Assembly (NCBI GenBank): GCA_937862735.1 | Contig: CALMDH010000243.1 | Coordinates: 1,423-65,422, forward strand | DNA from: an uncultured Gammaproteobacteria bacterium | GTDB taxonomy: Bacteria; Pseudomonadota; Gammaproteobacteria; Chromatiales; Chromatiaceae | Direction of reading: 5' to 3' | DNA: 64,000 nucleotides | Part shown: positions 54,607 through 64,000 of the stretch, piece by piece | Layout of the letters: each line of letters opens with the position of its first letter | Position numbering within the stretch: the first letter of the stretch is position 1 | The notes under the pieces: generated by a model | Databases searched by the model: none | What the model was told of the DNA's origin: nothing | What the model saw: the letters and a program-made list of their open reading frames with translations, nothing else | Position numbers and translations under genes: made by a program

Positions 54607-55299
54607 TCAGGCCAGCGCTGGAGGCGGATCGGCGGTATCGCCCTTCACCCGGACCAGGACCAGCAGTTCCTTGGGGCCATGGACGCCATAGGCCAGGGTC
54701 TGCTCGATGTCGGCGGACTTGGAGGGCCCGGAGATGAGCAGGGCATTGGTCGGCAGGCCCCGGCCCGCCCAGTCCTCCGCGACCAGGAATTCATGGAAGG
54801 TCGAGCGGATGCGGTCCGCCTCCAGGACCACGGCATGGATCGGGGGGACCAGGGACAGGAGACGGGGCTCCTGGATACTGGGCCAGAGCACCAGGGTCCC
54901 GGTCTCGGCAATCCCGCCCAGGCAACCGGTGAGGCTGGCGTCGGTGGCACTGAACAGCTCGGCCCGACAGGCCTCGATCGGTTGGTCGTGGGGGATCAGG
55001 GTGATCGCCCCCCGGTCGGGCCAGGCCGCCGCCAGTTCCGCGCCCAAGGCCGTGGCGGGGGCGAAACGCAGATTGGTCGCGCCCTTGGCGGACAGGCGGG
55101 AGAAAAGGGTAGCAGGCCAATCGTCGCCCACGGGGATCACCTCACCGCGTACCGCCGTCAGCGCCGCCGTGAAGCGCCGCAATCGTTCCGGTGGCGACCA
55201 GTCGAAGCGGCGCACCGGATTCTCCGGAGCCGGGCGTGGTCCGGTGGCGACCCCGCGCCGCAGACGCTGGAGGATGGCCTCCCGGGCCGGGCTACTCAT
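54607..55299 (-). CDS. lutC: LutC/YkgG-family (LUD domain) lactate utilisation protein C
   Basis: I prefer the second ATG (55299), which overlaps the lutB stop by 8 nt. It is the third gene of the lutABC arrangement, and its C-terminus has LISGPSKSADIEQTL. Confidence 0.65.
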   Translation of the reverse strand: MSSPAREAILQRLRRGVATGPRPAPENPVRRFDWSPPERLRRFTAALTAVRGEVIPVGDDWPATLFSRLSAKGATNLRFAPATALGAELAAAWPDRGAITLIPHDQPIEACRAELFSATDASLTGCLGGIAETGTLVLWPSIQEPRLLSLVPPIHAVVLEADRIRSTFHEFLVAEDWAGRGLPTNALLISGPSKSADIEQTLAYGVHGPKELLVLVRVKGDTADPPPALA

Positions 55300-56704
55300 G
55301 GGCGAAGCCCTCCGCCCGCGCCAGTTCATGCAGGCTGCGCGGGGCGATGACCGGGGCGGCGCGGGTCCGCGCCCAAGGCCCCAGGCCGGTCGGGACCAGC
55401 CAGCGCAAGCGGGTGGCCAGGTGGGTCGCCAGCCGATAGAGCGCGGGATGGGCGTGCGTCAGGCGCCAAAGTGTCCAGATGAGGCGCTGCGGGGCCTTGC
55501 GTCGACTGCCACGCCCCGGGACCCCGGCGTCCTCCCCTTCTCCTGCGCCCTCGGCGCGCAGTCGCCGCAGTAGGCCGGGCAAGGGGATGCGCACCGGACA
55601 GACCTCGCCGCAGGCGCCACAGAGACTCGAGGCCTCCGCCAGTTCCCCCTGCCGCTCCAGGCCCTGGAGCTGGGGTTCGAGGACGCTGCCGATCGGGCCG
55701 GGATAGACGGTGCCATAGGCATGACCGCCAAGGCGGGTGTAGACCGGGCAGTGATTCATGCAGGCGCCGCAGCGGATGCAGCGCAACGTGGCCCGCAACT
55801 GCCGATCCCGATGCATGCGGGAGCGGCCATTGTCGAGCAGGATGAGGTGCACCTCCCGGGGACCGTCGCGTTCTCCCGCCCGCCGAGGCCCACTGATCAG
55901 GTTGACGTAGGTGGTGATGGGCTGGCCGGTGGCGGACCGGGTCAGCAAGGTCAGGAGGGGCGGCAACTGGTCGAGGCGGGCGATGACCTTCTCGATACCG
56001 CACACGGCGATATGGAGGTCCGGCGCCGTGGTGCAGAGGCGGCCGTTGCCCTCGTTTTCCACCAGGCACAGGGTACCGGTCTCGGCGATGGCGAAGTTGA
56101 CGCCCGACAGGCCGGCGATGGCCTGGCCGAAGTGCTCGCGCATGATGCGACGGGCGATGGCCGTCAGGCCCTCGATGTCCTCGGTGTAGGGATACTCCGG
56201 GAAATGGGCGGCGAAGAGGGCCGCGATCTCCCGCCGGTCCTTGTGGATGGCCGGGGCGATGATGTGGGAGGGGCGTTCCCCCGCCAGTTGCAGGATGAAC
56301 TCCCCCAGGTCGGTCTCCACCGCCTGGATGCCCTGGGCCTCCAGATGGTGGTTCAGACCCATCTCCTCCGAGACCATGGACTTGCCCTTGATGACCCGCC
56401 TGGCGCCCTGGCGGCGTAGCAGGTCGAGGACGATGGCGTTGCCCTCCGCCACCGTCTCCGCCCAGTGGACCCGGATGCCGTTGCGCTCGCAGTTGGCCTC
56501 CAGTTCCAGCAGCAGGTCCGGCAGGTTGGCCAGGGCCTGAGCACGAATCAACTTGCCGCGCCGGCGCAGGACGGCCAGTTCATGGATATCGGGAAAGGCC
56601 TGACGGCGCTTGGCGACCAGCCCATCCATGGTCCGGCGGAGGTTGCGCCGCAGGCGTTCATTGTCCAGGGCCTGACCGACGCGGACGGCGAACTCAGGGG
56701 GCAT
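55292..56704 (-). CDS. lutB: LutB/YkgF iron-sulfur lactate utilisation protein B
   Basis: 470 aa with two 4Fe-4S ferredoxin motifs, CIRCGACMNHCPVY and CGACGEVCPV. Confidence 0.8.
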   Translation of the reverse strand: MPPEFAVRVGQALDNERLRRNLRRTMDGLVAKRRQAFPDIHELAVLRRRGKLIRAQALANLPDLLLELEANCERNGIRVHWAETVAEGNAIVLDLLRRQGARRVIKGKSMVSEEMGLNHHLEAQGIQAVETDLGEFILQLAGERPSHIIAPAIHKDRREIAALFAAHFPEYPYTEDIEGLTAIARRIMREHFGQAIAGLSGVNFAIAETGTLCLVENEGNGRLCTTAPDLHIAVCGIEKVIARLDQLPPLLTLLTRSATGQPITTYVNLISGPRRAGERDGPREVHLILLDNGRSRMHRDRQLRATLRCIRCGACMNHCPVYTRLGGHAYGTVYPGPIGSVLEPQLQGLERQGELAEASSLCGACGEVCPVRIPLPGLLRRLRAEGAGEGEDAGVPGRGSRRKAPQRLIWTLWRLTHAHPALYRLATHLATRLRWLVPTGLGPWARTRAAPVIAPRSLHELARAEGFAHE

Positions 56705-57563
56705 GGGTGCGCTCCCACAACAATTCAGCGATGTGCTTGACCACCGGACCTTGGGCTAAAGGCGCCGGCTGGCGCGTGACCCGGCCACTCCCGTCATGAT
56801 TGGCCGCCCCCCGGGCCGCCGGCGCGACACCCCTCGCCCCGGGATCGGCCCCCTGCCAGGACTGACCCACCCCGGCCTGAGGGTGGCGGTGGGCCAGGGT
56901 ACCCCCCAGATTGAGGAGGCAACCGCAATCCTGCCCCACCAGGACCCGGGCACCCGTCGCCAGGATGGCCGCCGCCTTGTCCGCCGCCATGGCCGCCGAG
57001 ATCTCCGGCTGCTTGACGGCGAAGGTGCCACCGAAACCGCAGCACTCCTGGGCGTGATCCGGTTCCACCACCTCCAGGTTCGCCAGGCGGGCGAGCAGCT
57101 CCGCCGCCGCGCCGGCAACGCCCATCTCCCGGCGCGCGGAACAGGAGTGATGGAGCGCGACCTTGAGGGGAGGTCCCAGGTCGGGGTGCCGCCAATCCAG
57201 GACCCGCGCCAGATAATCCGTCAGTTCGTGGACCCGCCCCGCCAGGCGCCGGGCGCGCTCCTCGTCGGGAGTGCCGGCGAACAGCTTGGGATACTGAACC
57301 TTGAGCATGCCCGCGCAGGAGGCCGAGGGCACCAGGATGGGGTAATCCTCCGGGAAGGTGTCCAGTTGCCGCCGGGCGACGTCCCGGGCCGCGGCCTCGT
57401 AGCCGGAGTTGTAGGCCGGCTGACCGCAGCAGGTCTGCCCCTGGGGATAGATGACCTCCAGGCCCTCGCGACGCAGCAGACGCATGGCCGCCAGACCGGC
57501 CTGGGGAAAGATCAGGTCGATCAGGCAGGTGCCAAAGAAGTAGACGCGTGGGGAATGCGGCAT
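56694..57563 (-). CDS. lutA: LutA/YkgE (Fe-S) oxidoreductase, CCG-domain protein
   Basis: Start moved to the ATG at 57563 (MPHSPRVYFFGTCLIDL...). It has the two CCG motifs CCGQPAYNSGY and CCGFGGTF. Confidence 0.8.
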   Translation of the reverse strand: MPHSPRVYFFGTCLIDLIFPQAGLAAMRLLRREGLEVIYPQGQTCCGQPAYNSGYEAAARDVARRQLDTFPEDYPILVPSASCAGMLKVQYPKLFAGTPDEERARRLAGRVHELTDYLARVLDWRHPDLGPPLKVALHHSCSARREMGVAGAAAELLARLANLEVVEPDHAQECCGFGGTFAVKQPEISAAMAADKAAAILATGARVLVGQDCGCLLNLGGTLAHRHPQAGVGQSWQGADPGARGVAPAARGAANHDGSGRVTRQPAPLAQGPVVKHIAELLWERTHAP

Positions 57564-57726
57564 GGGCGATGGGGAAAATCCTTGCTGGCTCGCTTTGAGG
57601 GGACACCGGGATCTGGTTTTGGCCCCCGACCCTGAATCTTCCGCGCCGATCACCGCGGTGTGGCTGGTATTGGGGGTGAGTTGGCGTATAGCATAGCCAG
57701 GACTGGCAGCCGACCGCGACAAACTT

Positions 57727-58857
57727 TTGTTTATGCCCGACCACGCTCAATCCCCGCACCCGTCCCGGTTGGCGGTGCTCGCCTCCTTCTCTGGCAGCGG
57801 CGGGGTGGAGCGGATGCTGGTCAATCTCATCGCTGGCTTCGTCACGGCTGGCCGGGAAGTCGACCTGCTGCTGATCCGCGATCAGGGCCCCCACCTGGCG
57901 GGACTGCCGCCGGCGGTCAACCGCATCCCCCTGGGCAGCAACCATAGCCTGCTGGCCATTCCGGCCCTAGCCCGCTACCTCCGCCAGGCCCGACCGCGGG
58001 CCCTGCTGGCGGCCAAGGACCGGGCCGGACGGGCGGCGGTGCTGGCACGGGCCCTGGCGGGGGTCGACACCCGCCTGGTCTTGCGTCTGGGGACCAACCT
58101 CTCCGCCTCCCTGGCGGGCCGTTCGGCCCTGCGCCGGGCCTGGCGCTATTGGCCCATTCGCCGCCTCTACCCCCACCTCGACCACATCGTGGCCGTCTCC
58201 GCGGGGGTCGCGGCGGACACCGCGACCATCGCCGGCCTGCCGTGGGAGGCCATCACGGTCATTCGCAACCCGGTGATCACCCCCGACCTGCGCCAGCGGG
58301 CGACGGCGCCCTGCCCCCACCCCTGGTTCCAGGGCGAGGGCCCCCCCGTCCTCCTCGGGGCTGGCCGGCTGCAACGGCAGAAGGACTTCCCGACCCTGAT
58401 CCGAGCCTTCGCCCGGGTGCGTCAGGTCCACCCCTGCCGGCTGGTGATCATCGGCGAGGGGCAGGAGCGCCCGGCCCTCACCGCCCTGATCGGCCAACTG
58501 GGCCTGGCGAACCAGGTCGATCTGCCCGGCTTTCAGGCCCAGCCCCTGCCCTTTCTGGCCCGGGCCAACCTTTTCGTGCTCTCCTCCGCCTGGGAGGGAT
58601 CGCCCAACGTGCTCACCGAGGCCATGGCCCTGGGGACCCCGGTGGTGGCGACCAACTGCCCGAGTGGTCCGGCGGAACTGCTCGACGGGGGCCGCATCGC
58701 CCCCCTCGTTCCGGTCGGAGATGTGGAGGCCCTGGCCGCCGCGATCCTGGCCACCCTGGACCAGCCGCCCCCCCCGGACCGGCTCCAGGACGTGGTCGCG
58801 GATTACGAGCAGGCCTATAGCGCCCAGCGGTATCTGGCGGTACTTGAGCCAGGATAG
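57727..58857 (+). CDS. Glycosyltransferase family 4 (GT-B fold)
   Basis: 376 aa: SGSGGVERMLVNL at the N-terminus and the EGSPNVLTEAMALGTPVVATN motif (E-x7-E region) at the C-terminus. Confidence 0.75.
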   Translation: MFMPDHAQSPHPSRLAVLASFSGSGGVERMLVNLIAGFVTAGREVDLLLIRDQGPHLAGLPPAVNRIPLGSNHSLLAIPALARYLRQARPRALLAAKDRAGRAAVLARALAGVDTRLVLRLGTNLSASLAGRSALRRAWRYWPIRRLYPHLDHIVAVSAGVAADTATIAGLPWEAITVIRNPVITPDLRQRATAPCPHPWFQGEGPPVLLGAGRLQRQKDFPTLIRAFARVRQVHPCRLVIIGEGQERPALTALIGQLGLANQVDLPGFQAQPLPFLARANLFVLSSAWEGSPNVLTEAMALGTPVVATNCPSGPAELLDGGRIAPLVPVGDVEALAAAILATLDQPPPPDRLQDVVADYEQAYSAQRYLAVLEPG

Positions 58858-58869
58858 GCAGGCACCGGC

Positions 58870-59436
58870 TCAGAAGTCCTCATGCAGCCCCTTGGCCTGA
58901 GCCTTGCGGGACCAGACCCAGACGTACTGAAGGCCACTGACGAGGATGGTCACGAGACAGGCCCAGGTGAGGAGGGCGATCAAGCCGCCGGGCAGGGGCA
59001 CGGGCCCGGCGTTGGCGATGACCGCCACGACCAGGGCGATCTGCATCAAGGTATTGAGCTTGCTTGCCCAAATGGGAGCGGCATGGAGTTCCTCGACGCG
59101 GAAATGATAGAGGGTGGCGCCCCCGACGATGACCAGATCACGACCGACGGCGGCGACCACCAGCCAGATGGGGATCAGCTTGAGGGCACCCAGCACCAGG
59201 AAGCAGGCCACCAGCAGCGTCTTGTCCGCCAAGGGGTCGAGGATGCCACCCAACCGGCTCTGCCAGTGATAATGCTTGGCGAGCCAGCCATCGAGCCCAT
59301 CGGACAGACCGGCGATGGCGAAGAGCAGCAGGGCCCAGCCAAATTCGCCCTCCAGCAGCAGCAGGACCACCGGCATGACCGCCAGCAGGCGCAGGAAGCT
59401 GATGAGGTTGGGTAAATCCCGGGGACTGAAGACCAT
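58870..59436 (-). CDS. CDP-alcohol phosphatidyltransferase (PgsA-like)
   Basis: 188 aa, multi-TM, with the signature DGLDGWLAK...GGILDPLADK (D-G-x2-A-R/K...G-x3-D-x3-D). Confidence 0.75.
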   Translation of the reverse strand: MVFSPRDLPNLISFLRLLAVMPVVLLLLEGEFGWALLLFAIAGLSDGLDGWLAKHYHWQSRLGGILDPLADKTLLVACFLVLGALKLIPIWLVVAAVGRDLVIVGGATLYHFRVEELHAAPIWASKLNTLMQIALVVAVIANAGPVPLPGGLIALLTWACLVTILVSGLQYVWVWSRKAQAKGLHEDF

Positions 59437-59529
59437 GAACGCTCAGGCGGGCGGGGAAAACGAGTGCCGGGATTTTATTCTCCCCGCCGCCGTGTTGTCC
59501 AAGCACGGGCGCCGGGAAGGGCGGGCAAA

Positions 59530-64000
<4,471 letters not shown>

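Overview
GC-rich proteobacterial chromosome segment (gamma/beta-like gene order; organism not identifiable by eye). Most of it is housekeeping: a pnp-rpsO-truB-rbfA-infB-nusA-rimP cluster, metA, mtnP, hpt, nagZ, lipA, lutABC, ABC transporters, an octaheme HAO-family cytochrome and two hybrid histidine kinases. Two visibly more A/T-rich accessory blocks look like defence islands. (1) At 1-4683 a truncated BrxR/WYL-type regulator is divergent from a NurA / HerA / DUF3223+HNH-like cassette, followed by tRNA/tmRNA-like T-arm fragments and a strong terminator. (2) At 16798-26464 there is a five-gene minus-strand operon. It has a DISARM-type DrmA-like helicase + DrmB-like DUF1998 core but no methyltransferase and no PLD nuclease. 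In their place are a compact SF1 ATPase, a 536-aa protein with no recognisable motif and a NERD-SF1 helicase. An A/T-rich junction with an IS91-family transposase remnant (26465-27438) bounds this operon, which is my best candidate for an undescribed system. Other observations: 12-nt periodic repeats inside or at the ends of three genes, an in-frame insertion with a diverged duplication in the oxoprolinase gene, a GATC-containing repeat cluster in a divergent promoter, and a promoter plus two tandem terminators ahead of rimP-nusA-infB with no metY tRNA. All calls come from reading translated ORFs and motifs by eye. No database search was run. Many long ORFs in the track are antisense shadows of real GC-rich genes and were discarded.
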